From contig NC_017448.1 of the NCBI RefSeq assembly GCF_000146505.1, positions 1,860,001 to 1,892,000 on the forward strand: 32,000 nt of DNA. Reading direction: 5' to 3'. The DNA is from Fibrobacter succinogenes subsp. succinogenes S85 (GTDB taxonomy: Bacteria; Fibrobacterota; Fibrobacteria; Fibrobacterales; Fibrobacteraceae). The translations under genes were made by a program, and so were the position numbers. The notes under the pieces were generated by a model. The model searched no databases, had not been told where the DNA came from, and saw nothing but the letters and a program-made list of their open reading frames with translations. This document shows positions 6,807 through 15,301 of this stretch, piece by piece. Position 1 is the first letter of the stretch; every line of letters begins with the position of its first letter.

Positions 6807-7979
6807 TTAGGCATCAAAGCTTACACCGAATGACTTAGGCATCACAATTTCCTTATAGGCATTCATCAAGTAGTCATCGGTCATTCCAGAGACGTAGTCC
6901 GCGACAATGCGTGGGAGCGAAGTCGTTTCTCTGTACTTTTCGCCCAGCGATTCACACCAGTGATTGATTCCGGTCGCCTTTTTCACGCCAGACTGGAGTT
7001 CATCAAAACATTCTTCCAAGACTGTCCGGAACATCATCTTGATCTTTTCGTCTTGGGTTGACTTTTTCGGATTCAAATAGATGTTTTTGTAGTTCCAGTC
7101 TTTCAGCTGGTTAAGCGCATCAAAAACTTCCGGCGAAAAGACGAGCGTTTCTTTGTCTAAACTATTATTGACAAGGTCTGTAATAAGCGTGTTGACGATT
7201 TCGCTATTTTTGCTTCCGAGAATTTTCGTGATTTCTTGGGGGATGTCTTCGCGCTTCACTAGTTTCAAGATGATGGCATCTTCAATGTCGCGGCCAACGT
7301 ACGCAATCACGTCCGAAATTCGCATGACACAGCCCTCCAATGTCATCGGGACCATCTCTTTTGATTTCAGCGTTCCGCTTAAGCTGTTTTTGTATTCTTC
7401 CAGCAGTTTTTCTGGAGTTTTGCTGCGGTTACAGCCGTATTCATTTTTCAGTATTTCGCCGTTGTGGCAGATAATTCCGTCGAGCACTTGCGCGGTAAGA
7501 TTCAGTCCTTTGCCGTATGCTTCAAGGTCATTGAACAGCCTAAAACTTTGAACATTGTGTTCAAAAATTCCGTCACCGCAATCTTGCAAAAACTTTGAGA
7601 CAATTTTTTCGCCATCGTGGCCAAAAGGCGTATGGCCGACATCGTGTCCGAGCGAAATAGCCTCAATCAAGTCTTCGTTCAAATTCAAGAAACGCCCAAT
7701 GGTCCTTGCAATTTTTGCGACCAGTTGCACATGCAGCACTCGGTGCGTGATGTGGTCATTTTCAACAAGGTAAAACGCCTGGGTTTTATCAATGTATCGG
7801 CTATAGCAATAAGAATGGATAATCTTGTCCGCATCACGGGAAAAGTTCGGCCGGATATCGTCAGGCAATTCGTGATAGCGGACCGCAGCCGCAGAATTGC
7901 AGGCGTATTCTGCAAGCGAGTTTTCCTTTTCCATCAAGCGGGATTCAATTTGTTTCTTGACTGAAGCGTTCCATTCCAT
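6807..7979 (-). CDS. HD-domain dNTP triphosphohydrolase (dGTPase-like)
   Basis: 390 aa. Motifs seen are FSRDADKIIHSYCYSRYIDKTQAF, THRVLHVQLVAKIAR and LGHDVGHTPFGHDGE, all hallmarks of the Dgt/dNTPase family. Confidence 0.8.
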   Translation of the reverse strand: MEWNASVKKQIESRLMEKENSLAEYACNSAAAVRYHELPDDIRPNFSRDADKIIHSYCYSRYIDKTQAFYLVENDHITHRVLHVQLVAKIARTIGRFLNLNEDLIEAISLGHDVGHTPFGHDGEKIVSKFLQDCGDGIFEHNVQSFRLFNDLEAYGKGLNLTAQVLDGIICHNGEILKNEYGCNRSKTPEKLLEEYKNSLSGTLKSKEMVPMTLEGCVMRISDVIAYVGRDIEDAIILKLVKREDIPQEITKILGSKNSEIVNTLITDLVNNSLDKETLVFSPEVFDALNQLKDWNYKNIYLNPKKSTQDEKIKMMFRTVLEECFDELQSGVKKATGINHWCESLGEKYRETTSLPRIVADYVSGMTDDYLMNAYKEIVMPKSFGVSFDA

Positions 7980-8035
7980 AAAACAGTTCCATTAGATAAA
8001 AATCATTTTCGTTTAATAAAATATATAAAACCAGC

Positions 8036-8073
8036 AAAAAGAAAGCCCTGAAGGTGAACTTCAGAGCTTTTTC
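8036..8073 (-). terminator. Terminator downstream of leuS, bidirectional in form
   Basis: Stem GCCCTGAAG / CTTCAGAGC (8045-8053 / 8059-8067) with one mismatch. It is flanked by an A-rich run on + (T-rich on the minus strand) and by TTTTTC on +. Confidence 0.6.
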
Positions 8074-8098
8074 TAATATTTAGGATTTTATTCGTGGA

Positions 8099-10786
8099 TT
8101 ACTTCACCACGATGTTCACGAGCTTGCCCGGAACGACGATGGACTTCACGACGGTTTTGCCAGCCATAAACTCCTTCACGCGGTCGTTGTCCATGGCGAG
8201 CTTTTCGAGGGCAGCCTTGTCCATGTCCTTCGCGACAGAGGCCTTCGCGCGGACCTTGCCGTTCACCTGGAACACGACTTCGACGGTGTTTTCCACGGCC
8301 TTGGAGTGGTCGGCTTCGGGCCAGGCGACGTTCGTGAGCGATTCGTTGTGGCCAAGGATGCTCCACATTTCTTCGGCGATATGCGGGGCAAACGGGTGTA
8401 AGAGCTTGACGAACGTTTCGCACGGTTCGCGGTAGCGCTTGTCCATCTTCATCATTTCGTTGTTGAAGATCATCAACTGGCTGATGGCGGTGTTGAAGCT
8501 CATGTTTTCAATGTCGTTCGTGACCTTGATAACGCTCTGGTGCATCACCTTTTCGATAGCTTCCGGAGCAGCTTCGTCAACGAAGACCGGGGCTTCATCG
8601 CTGTCGCCGACAACAGAACGCCAGGCGCGGCCGAGGAAGCGGTTCATGCCTTCAATGCCCTTGGTCTGCCACGGCTTCACGGCATCGAGCGGTCCCATGA
8701 ACATTTCGTACAAGCGAAGGCTATCAGCACCGTAATCACGGACAACGTCATCCGGGTTCACGACGTTCTTGAGGGACTTACTCATCTTAGCCACAATCTG
8801 CTTGAGTTCGATGTCAGTACCCTTCTTGAAGTACTTGCCATTCTTTTCTTCAACTTCGTCAGTCGGGACCTTGGAGCCAGCGGCGTCTTCGTATGCGAAG
8901 GCAAGAATCATGCCCTGGTTGAAGAGTTTCTGGAACGGTTCATCGGTAGAGACGAGGCCGAGGTCAAAGAGCACCTTGTGCCAGAAACGGCTGTAGAGCA
9001 AGTGAAGCACGGCGTGTTCGGCACCACCCACATAGAGGTCGACCGGCATCCAGTACTTTTCAAGTTCCTTTGCCACAAATGCGTCGCCATTGCAAGCGTC
9101 GATGTAGCGGAGGTAATACCAGCAAGAGCCTGCCCACTGCGGCATGGTGTTCGTTTCGCGGATACCCTTGCGGCCGTTCTTATCAACGACCTGGAGCCAT
9201 TCGGTGGCGTTAGCGAGCGGAGACTGACCGCCGTCACCCGGCTTGTAGTCCTTGAGTTCCGGCAAGAGCACCGGAAGTTCGGCATCGTCCACCGTAGAGA
9301 TTTCGCCATCTTCCCAGTGGATAATCGGGAACGGTTCGCCCCAGTAGCGCTGACGGCTGAAGAGCCAGTCGCGGAGCTTGTAGTTCACGGTAGCCTTACC
9401 GATCTTGTTGGCTTCGAGCCATTCGATAACCTTGGCGATACCCTGCTTCTTGTTGAGACCGTTCAAGCAAAGCGTTGCATTTTCGCTGTTGATGTAGGTG
9501 CCGTCGGCAGCCCAGCAAGCTTCGCCCTTGAGCACGAGCGGCTTTACATCTTCGGGGCAGCTTGCATCCGGCTCCATGATGCAGATAACCGGCAAGTTGA
9601 ACTTCTTTGCAAAGTCAAAGTCACGGGTATCGTGGGCCGGCACAGCCATGATAGCGCCAGTGCCATAGCCCGTCAAAACGTAGTCAGCAACCCACACCGG
9701 AATCTTCGTGCCGGTGAGCGGGTTCACAGCGTAAGAACCTGTAAACACACCGGTCTTTTCCTTGGCGAGTTCCGTACGGTCGAGATCGCTCTTGAGAGCG
9801 GCGGCATGCACGTATTCTTCCACGGCGACCTTCTGTTCGGCAGTCGTGAGTTCCGGCACCATAGCGTGTTCCGGAGCAACGACCATGTAGGTGGCACCGA
9901 ACAGCGTATCGCAACGGGTCGTGTAAACGCGGAGCTTCTTTTCGGTCGGCTTGCCTTCAGCATCGGCAATGGCAAAATCAACTTCGGCACCATAGCTCTT
10001 GCCGATCCAGTTCTTCTGCATGTCCTTCACGCCCTGCGGCCAGTCGAGCTTGTCAAGGCCCTTCAGCAGGCGGTCGCCATACAGCGGAATACGCATGAGC
10101 CACTGCTTGAGGTTACGGCGTTCCACTTCCTTGGTGCCGCACTTTTCGTGAGAACCATCGTTCAAGACTTCTTCGTTTGCGCAAACAATCTTGCAGTGCT
10201 TGCACCACCACACCTGAGCGTCGGCATAGTAAGCGAGGCGCTTCCCATCCTTGTACTTGCGGACTTCTTCCTTGCCCTTTGCTTCGACATCGGCCGGAAT
10301 CGGGAGTTCTTCAATGGGGCGGCCCTTCTGCTGGTCTTCATCGAACCAGGTGCCGTAAAGGCGCTTGAAAATCCACTGCGTCCACTTGTAATACTTCGGA
10401 TCGGTGGTGTTGACTTCCTTGTTCCAGTCGTAAGAGAGGCCGAGGCGCTTGATCTGGCGGCGGAAATTGTCGCAATTCTTCTTGGTCGTAATGGCCGGGT
10501 GCGTACCAGTCTGGATGGCGTACTGTTCAGCAGGGAGGCCGAAAGCATCCCAACCCATCGGGTGAAGCACATTGAAACCGCGGCTGCGCTTGTAGCGGCA
10601 AATGATATCCGTTGCAGTGTAACCTTCCGGGTGGCCCACATGGAGGCCAGCACCACTCGGGTACGGGAACATATCCAAGCAATAATACTTCGGCTTGGAC
10701 TTGTCTTCGCCAGTCTTAAACGTCTGATGTTCTTCCCAGTAGGCTTGCCACTTGGTTTCGATTTCTTGCGGATTATACTTTGCCAT
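8099..10786 (-). CDS. leuS: Leucyl-tRNA synthetase
   Basis: 895 aa. It has a class I HIGH motif (HVGHPEGY), a KMSKS motif (AKMSKSLKN) and a typical LeuRS N-terminus ([16 protein letters not shown]). Confidence 0.95.
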   Translation of the reverse strand: MAKYNPQEIETKWQAYWEEHQTFKTGEDKSKPKYYCLDMFPYPSGAGLHVGHPEGYTATDIICRYKRSRGFNVLHPMGWDAFGLPAEQYAIQTGTHPAITTKKNCDNFRRQIKRLGLSYDWNKEVNTTDPKYYKWTQWIFKRLYGTWFDEDQQKGRPIEELPIPADVEAKGKEEVRKYKDGKRLAYYADAQVWWCKHCKIVCANEEVLNDGSHEKCGTKEVERRNLKQWLMRIPLYGDRLLKGLDKLDWPQGVKDMQKNWIGKSYGAEVDFAIADAEGKPTEKKLRVYTTRCDTLFGATYMVVAPEHAMVPELTTAEQKVAVEEYVHAAALKSDLDRTELAKEKTGVFTGSYAVNPLTGTKIPVWVADYVLTGYGTGAIMAVPAHDTRDFDFAKKFNLPVICIMEPDASCPEDVKPLVLKGEACWAADGTYINSENATLCLNGLNKKQGIAKVIEWLEANKIGKATVNYKLRDWLFSRQRYWGEPFPIIHWEDGEISTVDDAELPVLLPELKDYKPGDGGQSPLANATEWLQVVDKNGRKGIRETNTMPQWAGSCWYYLRYIDACNGDAFVAKELEKYWMPVDLYVGGAEHAVLHLLYSRFWHKVLFDLGLVSTDEPFQKLFNQGMILAFAYEDAAGSKVPTDEVEEKNGKYFKKGTDIELKQIVAKMSKSLKNVVNPDDVVRDYGADSLRLYEMFMGPLDAVKPWQTKGIEGMNRFLGRAWRSVVGDSDEAPVFVDEAAPEAIEKVMHQSVIKVTNDIENMSFNTAISQLMIFNNEMMKMDKRYREPCETFVKLLHPFAPHIAEEMWSILGHNESLTNVAWPEADHSKAVENTVEVVFQVNGKVRAKASVAKDMDKAALEKLAMDNDRVKEFMAGKTVVKSIVVPGKLVNIVVK

Positions 10787-10814
10787 TTGCTTTGTACCTC
10801 GTATGGTTCTGCTA

Positions 10815-10851
10815 GACGAGAGACGAAAGACGAGAGACGAAAGAATTCGTC
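10815..10851. repeat. Tandem 2 x 14 bp repeat (GACGAGAGACGAAA) plus an inverted TCGTC, in the leuS leader
   Basis: Copy 1 is 10815-10828 and copy 2 is 10829-10842. Together they give four GACGA pentamers at 7-nt spacing. An inverted TCGTC sits at 10847-10851. The element lies 29-65 nt upstream of the leuS ATG. Confidence 0.8.
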
Positions 10852-10919
10852 AAGCCTGTCCAACAGTCTTGCCGCTTGCAGGACTTCATTAAATTTCGAG
10901 GCAAAATTTAGAAAAATAT

Positions 10920-11954
10920 CTAGAAGGATTCACATTCTTCCCAGTCGTTCTGCTCATTGAACCTGTAGCATTTCGTGCCATCAGACATTACAACAGAACA
11001 AGTATCGCCGACAACGGTATCCTCTTTTTGGCAATTAGCGATTATTTGAGCCTTATCCGTAAGCGAAAGTGAAGTTTCTTTCCAAGCTCCATTCCCAATA
11101 TAGGTGTAAGAATACTTGGAGCAACCAAGACCCGCAAAACATGCTTCCTTAGTGCATATGTCACCAACAGCAACACCCGTCGTATCACAGGTTATTCTCC
11201 GGTCTCTTAAAGTCCACAGACCCTTTTCGCACCTGTAATAATCTGTATGTCCAACAGAACGGAATCTAGGATTGCTTGCACCCACCCACGCAGAATCCAC
11301 CTTGCCTTCTTCTTCAGCAGAGCACGTCAATGAGGCATCATCTTCTGCCGAACTACTCGAAAGTTCAGAATCACTATAATATTCATCACGTCCGATTTTC
11401 ACCCACTGACTGTCAGCGCACTTGTAATATAAGGCGCCTGGCCAACGCATATTATGAAAAACATAAATTTCCTTACGGCCTTCATTTTCGGCATTGCATT
11501 TTACTTCTTCCCATCCATTTCCTGCATAGGAATAAAGAGAAATTTCAGCATGGTCCAAAATCGAAAACGTTTCTTCGATACTTGGGCCATAGGCTTCGCC
11601 CAAACAAAAATACTCCGTCTTCACGCCGTCAAACGCAGCGATACTAACAGCATCGTGTCCTTCTCTGCATTTTTCATTCATTTTTTCCAACGACGGGCGC
11701 TCAATTTCTTGAACAGAACTACTCGAAGCCACATTGCTAGAAGACTCAGGGCTTGAAACAGCCTCGCTGCTAGAAGATACTGGACCTGAGCCAATCTCAT
11801 TACTAGAAGCCACGCTACTCGAAGATTCTACAGCCGACGATCCAGTCGCTGCGGGAATCGGGTTACTCACGGCATCGTCACCGCACGCCGTAAAAGACAA
11901 AACTGAAATAGATGCTAGCATCGCTAGCACTGAAGCATGATTCCTTTTGAACAT
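10920..11954 (-). CDS. Secreted lipoprotein with a Ser-rich linker and Cys-containing repeat modules
   Basis: 344 aa. The signal peptide with lipobox is LSFTAC. A Ser-rich linker follows, then repeated modules: C.AE.EG...YY[KR]C..G.W, CDTTGVAVGDIC and YIGNGAWKE. It is a paralog of the next gene. Confidence 0.7.
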   Translation of the reverse strand: MFKRNHASVLAMLASISVLSFTACGDDAVSNPIPAATGSSAVESSSSVASSNEIGSGPVSSSSEAVSSPESSSNVASSSSVQEIERPSLEKMNEKCREGHDAVSIAAFDGVKTEYFCLGEAYGPSIEETFSILDHAEISLYSYAGNGWEEVKCNAENEGRKEIYVFHNMRWPGALYYKCADSQWVKIGRDEYYSDSELSSSSAEDDASLTCSAEEEGKVDSAWVGASNPRFRSVGHTDYYRCEKGLWTLRDRRITCDTTGVAVGDICTKEACFAGLGCSKYSYTYIGNGAWKETSLSLTDKAQIIANCQKEDTVVGDTCSVVMSDGTKCYRFNEQNDWEECESF

Positions 11955-12055
11955 AAAAATTCCCTATACGTTCCAAAATTTTATCCAAAAATATCAACTT
12001 ATTTTATCAAAAGACTCTTTATCCAATAAATGTAAGCAAAAAAGAATTTCATTTT

Positions 12056-13390
12056 TTACTGAGCCTTTTTCTCTGGATAAATAAAGGAGATTCTCACAAT
12101 AGAATTATCCTTGCATCCAACCACACGGCTTAACCTATATCGACTCGCAGGAATCGTATCCCGAACGCTTTGGGGGTCTTCAGATTTGCTACACACTGTG
12201 TTATGGAGTAGTTCGTCAGCAATTTCTTCATCTGTAGTTTCCAAAGTCCAAGTTCCATCTTCCCGGTAGCGATAATAATTCTGAGGCAAGCAATAACTAT
12301 ACTGAAAACCGATATCATAATTATGCTCTAGCTTTTGCGCCAAGAGAACATCCTTATCCCAGCAATCTTCAAGCAAGCCTGCAGCACGATCATTTACAGA
12401 AGCTTCTTTAGGCAAATCCAGAACATCGTATTCCTCGTCAGTCAAGCCCTTTTTCCGAGGATCCGTATATTGTTGCGGAATAAGTTTTGTGGGTTTCCAT
12501 TTACCTTCATCACAATAATAGAACGCACCATCAGATTCTTTAAAACGTTGTCTATAATACGCGTATTCACGAATCGGGCATGCGCCCAATTTAGGGTCAA
12601 AATTACTCTCATACCAATAGCCATCCTCAAATAGATAATACTGCTTTTCACCTTGCGATTCAAACGAGCAAGAATCTCCTTCAACAGTTTTACTAGTCGT
12701 GCAGTTATAAACAACTTCATCTACGAGTTCCCACACAATACCTTCGTCATGCGCCCCTCCTAAATCAGAATGCACAACATGTAAGCATTGATAGTATGCC
12801 GTATATCCATTTGAATATGTAATTTTTCCAGTATCCCATTCATTTTCAGCATTGCATTCTTTGGCGGGAGCCTTCAAGCATTCGCTTTCATTCCAGATTC
12901 CGTTTCCCACATATTCATAGCATTTTCCCCAACGATCGCCACAGCAGTAAAAGCCGCCCTCCGAAATATGCACATTACAAAGACTCCCTACAGATACCCC
13001 CGCAGTATCGCAAGCGGCAACCGGCTCCGCCTCATACCAATTGCCCTTTTCGCACTTATAATAATTAATCGTAAAGCCATATTTAGCATTACCATTCCAT
13101 ATCGAATCGACAGCGCCCTCATTGTGCGCATCACACTTTGAAAGTTGCGTTAAATTCACGATTCTTGATGCACTCGAAATTTCAGAACGACTCGAAGCCA
13201 CATCACTAGAAGATATTGGATTTGAAAAGGTTTCGCTACTTGAAGATTCCGTAGCAGACGACTCTATCGCCGACGATCCAGCCGCCACGGGCATCGGATT
13301 ACTCCCAGCATCGTCGCTGCATGCCGCGAACGGCAAAACCGAAATAGACGCTAGCATTGCTAGCACATAGCCATGATTCCTTTCGAACAT
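12056..13390 (-). CDS. Secreted lipoprotein, paralog of 10920-11954
   Basis: ORF 12056..13507, with the start moved to the MFERNHGYVLAML ATG at 13390, which is preceded by GGGAG. The lipobox is PFAAC, followed by a Ser-rich linker. Modules seen are KCDAHNEG...YYKCEKGNWY, CDTAGVSVGSLC, YVGNGIWNE, ECNAENEW...YYQC and FYYCDEGKWKP. The 5' end is nucleotide-similar to that of the neighbouring gene. Confidence 0.7.
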   Translation of the reverse strand: MFERNHGYVLAMLASISVLPFAACSDDAGSNPMPVAAGSSAIESSATESSSSETFSNPISSSDVASSRSEISSASRIVNLTQLSKCDAHNEGAVDSIWNGNAKYGFTINYYKCEKGNWYEAEPVAACDTAGVSVGSLCNVHISEGGFYCCGDRWGKCYEYVGNGIWNESECLKAPAKECNAENEWDTGKITYSNGYTAYYQCLHVVHSDLGGAHDEGIVWELVDEVVYNCTTSKTVEGDSCSFESQGEKQYYLFEDGYWYESNFDPKLGACPIREYAYYRQRFKESDGAFYYCDEGKWKPTKLIPQQYTDPRKKGLTDEEYDVLDLPKEASVNDRAAGLLEDCWDKDVLLAQKLEHNYDIGFQYSYCLPQNYYRYREDGTWTLETTDEEIADELLHNTVCSKSEDPQSVRDTIPASRYRLSRVVGCKDNSIVRISFIYPEKKAQ

Positions 13391-13535
13391 AAAAACAACT
13401 CCCATTATGTTCCAAAATTTATCAGTAAAATACAAACTCACAACTTCAAAAATCATTTCTACAAAAAATTGTAAGAAAAAAAGAAGCCCTGAATGGCGGC
13501 CACCCATCCAGAGCTAAAATTATAAGTCTACGCTG

Positions 13536-13979
13536 TTAGTTTTCACCGTTTCGCATTTCAGTCTGCTCACGGTCCATGGTGTAGGTCAGGTATTCTCTAA
13601 AGTCACGTTCGATCTCCACTTCTGGAGTTTCGTTAACATAACCGGCGAAAATTTCAAAAAGATCCGGATTGTCCGTCCAGCCAAGCACACCGACAGCATT
13701 AAACGTCATGGACTTATCGCCCGGAGCACTGGCTATGTATTCAATCTTGGACTTTTCGACCCAGCCTTGTCCACAGCTTCCTTTTACGAGAACTTCCGTG
13801 TCAGCATCCCTGACAATCGTAAGAGCGTCGTTAAAGCCTGCCGTACACACGACTTTGCCACCACCTTTTTCTGATGTAACATTGATATCACCCAGCTTAG
13901 ACTTTACTTGCCTCGCCGCAAAAGAAGACGAGACCAGAACAGACAAAGCAAGGAACATCATCAACTTTGCGGTTTTCAT
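13536..13979 (-). CDS. Small secreted protein of unknown function, possibly SH3b-like
   Basis: 147 aa with a cleavable-looking signal peptide (MKTAKLMMFLALSVLVSSSFAARQ). AGGAGG lies upstream of the ATG. No catalytic motif was recognised. Confidence 0.55.
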   Translation of the reverse strand: MKTAKLMMFLALSVLVSSSFAARQVKSKLGDINVTSEKGGGKVVCTAGFNDALTIVRDADTEVLVKGSCGQGWVEKSKIEYIASAPGDKSMTFNAVGVLGWTDNPDLFEIFAGYVNETPEVEIERDFREYLTYTMDREQTEMRNGEN

Positions 13980-14223
13980 GATTGACCTCCTTTATTTATT
14001 AGGGGTGGGACATCCACCCACTTTTCAAATTACAAAGTAAAGTTTACATAGACCAGAAAAACCTTAGTTCAACTTAGAATAGAGACTAATCGTCCCGCTT
14101 TGATTCAGCACGCCCAGCAAGTAACGCACGAGTCCATTCTGTAAACTTTCTTTTTCTGTTTATTTAACCCTTATTAAAATATTTTTAAGTCGTTGAACCT
14201 CCACGATTTGTTATTATTCCGTC

Positions 14224-15084
14224 ATGCTTTTAAGAAAATCTTGTCTTCTTGCGTCTATGGTTTTAGCACTTACCACAAGTGCATTCGCTCAAAGTTCCGA
14301 CGATGACGAATGGGTTTCTGTTGATTCACCGAGGCCAGCCTCCGAAACCGACAAATCCGGCTCTTACGACGGATCCAACGACAGCGAATTCGCAAATGAC
14401 GAAGAATACGCAAGCGCTTACGCCAGATACAAGACACAGACAACGTCTCGCTCCGAAATCAGCAAGCAGCGCAGTGAAGGGTTCTCGCAGTCCGTGTTCC
14501 TTGGAGCACGTCTGCAGGGCGGATTTAACACGTTCCTCGGTTCTAAATCCGATGGTTGGGGCGCTGGCTGGAATGCAGGCGCAGGCCTTATCATCAAGAT
14601 TTCGATGTTCACGAAAAACTTTAGCCTTGTACCGGAACTGACGTTCAACTATCGCCAGTACAATTACGAAAAGGACATGAACGATCTTTACACGAACAAG
14701 GCTAAGATCAACATCATGTTGTTTGAACTTCCTATCATGTTCCGCTACACATTTGACCAATATGACTTCTTTGCTGCCGCCGGTTTGCACCTCGGTCTCA
14801 AGCTGATGGGTAGCGCCGAATATGGTTCCGAACCGAAGGCTGGTGTCATCGCCGATAAGGAAAACAGTGGTTTGAAATCCACTACCGAAATCGCCACGAC
14901 GAACATGGAAGTAGGCTTTGCAATCGAAGGCGGTTACATGCTCACGCGTAACGTTCATTTGAACCTCCGCATTGTCCAGAGCATTACGAACCTCTTGAAC
15001 CAGGGCTTGACGGTCAAGCAGCCGTTTGACAAGGCCACGCTCCTCACGTTCTACACGAACGTCGGTATCGCATTCCTGTTCTAG
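14224..15084 (+). CDS. Outer-membrane beta-barrel protein (OmpA-like/porin-family barrel)
   Basis: 286 aa. The signal peptide ends SAFAQS. An acidic, Ser-rich linker follows, then alternating amphipathic strands and a C-terminal aromatic signature (NVGIAFLF). Confidence 0.7.
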   Translation: MLLRKSCLLASMVLALTTSAFAQSSDDDEWVSVDSPRPASETDKSGSYDGSNDSEFANDEEYASAYARYKTQTTSRSEISKQRSEGFSQSVFLGARLQGGFNTFLGSKSDGWGAGWNAGAGLIIKISMFTKNFSLVPELTFNYRQYNYEKDMNDLYTNKAKINIMLFELPIMFRYTFDQYDFFAAAGLHLGLKLMGSAEYGSEPKAGVIADKENSGLKSTTEIATTNMEVGFAIEGGYMLTRNVHLNLRIVQSITNLLNQGLTVKQPFDKATLLTFYTNVGIAFLF

Positions 15085-15120
15085 TCGGTTAGTTATTAGT
15101 CATTGGTCATTAGTCAATAG
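15082..15120 (+). repeat. Degenerate heptamer repeat TAGTCAT starting at the OMP stop codon
   Basis: The sequence reads TAGTCGGT TAGTTAT TAGTCAT TGGTCAT TAGTCAA TAG. The ~7-nt period places TAG in all three frames. Confidence 0.75.
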
Positions 15121-15131
15121 TTTTTAATTGC

Positions 15132-15166
15132 AAAAAAGGAAGCGCCGAACGCTTCCTTTTGTTTTT
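15132..15166. terminator. Bidirectional rho-independent terminator
   Basis: Stem GGAAGCG / CGCTTCC (15138-15144 / 15150-15156) with loop CCGAA. It is flanked by A6 upstream and TTTTGTTTTT downstream. It lies between the convergent OMP gene and the 1035-aa gene. Confidence 0.8.
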
Positions 15167-15187
15167 GCACAAGACGAGAGTCCGCGC

Positions 15188-15245
15188 TCCCGTCATGTTG
15201 AGCCCACTGGGCGAAACATCCAGTGAAGTATCACGACTGACGGGA
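15188..15245. other. Nested inverted-repeat element in the intergenic 3' region
   Basis: The outer 8-bp stem is TCCCGTCA (15188-15195) / TGACGGGA (15238-15245). The inner pairings are ATGTT / AACAT and GCCCA / TGGGC. No credible ORF is present. Confidence 0.4.
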
Positions 15246-15301
15246 TGTGCCGCCGAATGGCGAGACGCGCATCGTCTGCTCAGGATGACGAGACGCACAA
15301 C

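Noticed and set aside
8540-10960. An 806 aa ORF on the + strand, antisense to leuS. Similar long antisense ORFs are 16193-17452 (+), 19382-20767 (-), 20855-22297 (-), 23749-24822 (+), 25741-26439 (-), 27280-28287 (+), 28768-29526 (+) and 29902-30795 (+).
   Set aside because: Each is the shadow of a gene with strong family motifs on the opposite strand. The translations are low-complexity (Arg/His/Val/Ala-rich) with no recognisable motif, which is typical of stop-poor antisense frames in GC-biased coding DNA.
13996-14020. A GGGTGG-GACAT-CCACCC hairpin followed by TTTT near the start of the small secreted protein gene.
   Set aside because: It is on the wrong side to terminate any + strand gene. 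It is most simply a small leader hairpin of the minus-strand transcript, and too little evidence exists to call it a regulatory element.
15110-15298. A 62 aa ORF (-) and the 5' part of the 169 aa ORF at 15245-15754 (+) in or next to the intergenic region.
   Set aside because: Neither has an RBS. They overlap terminator and inverted-repeat structure or the antisense of the 1035-aa gene. Their composition is Arg/Ser-rich noise.
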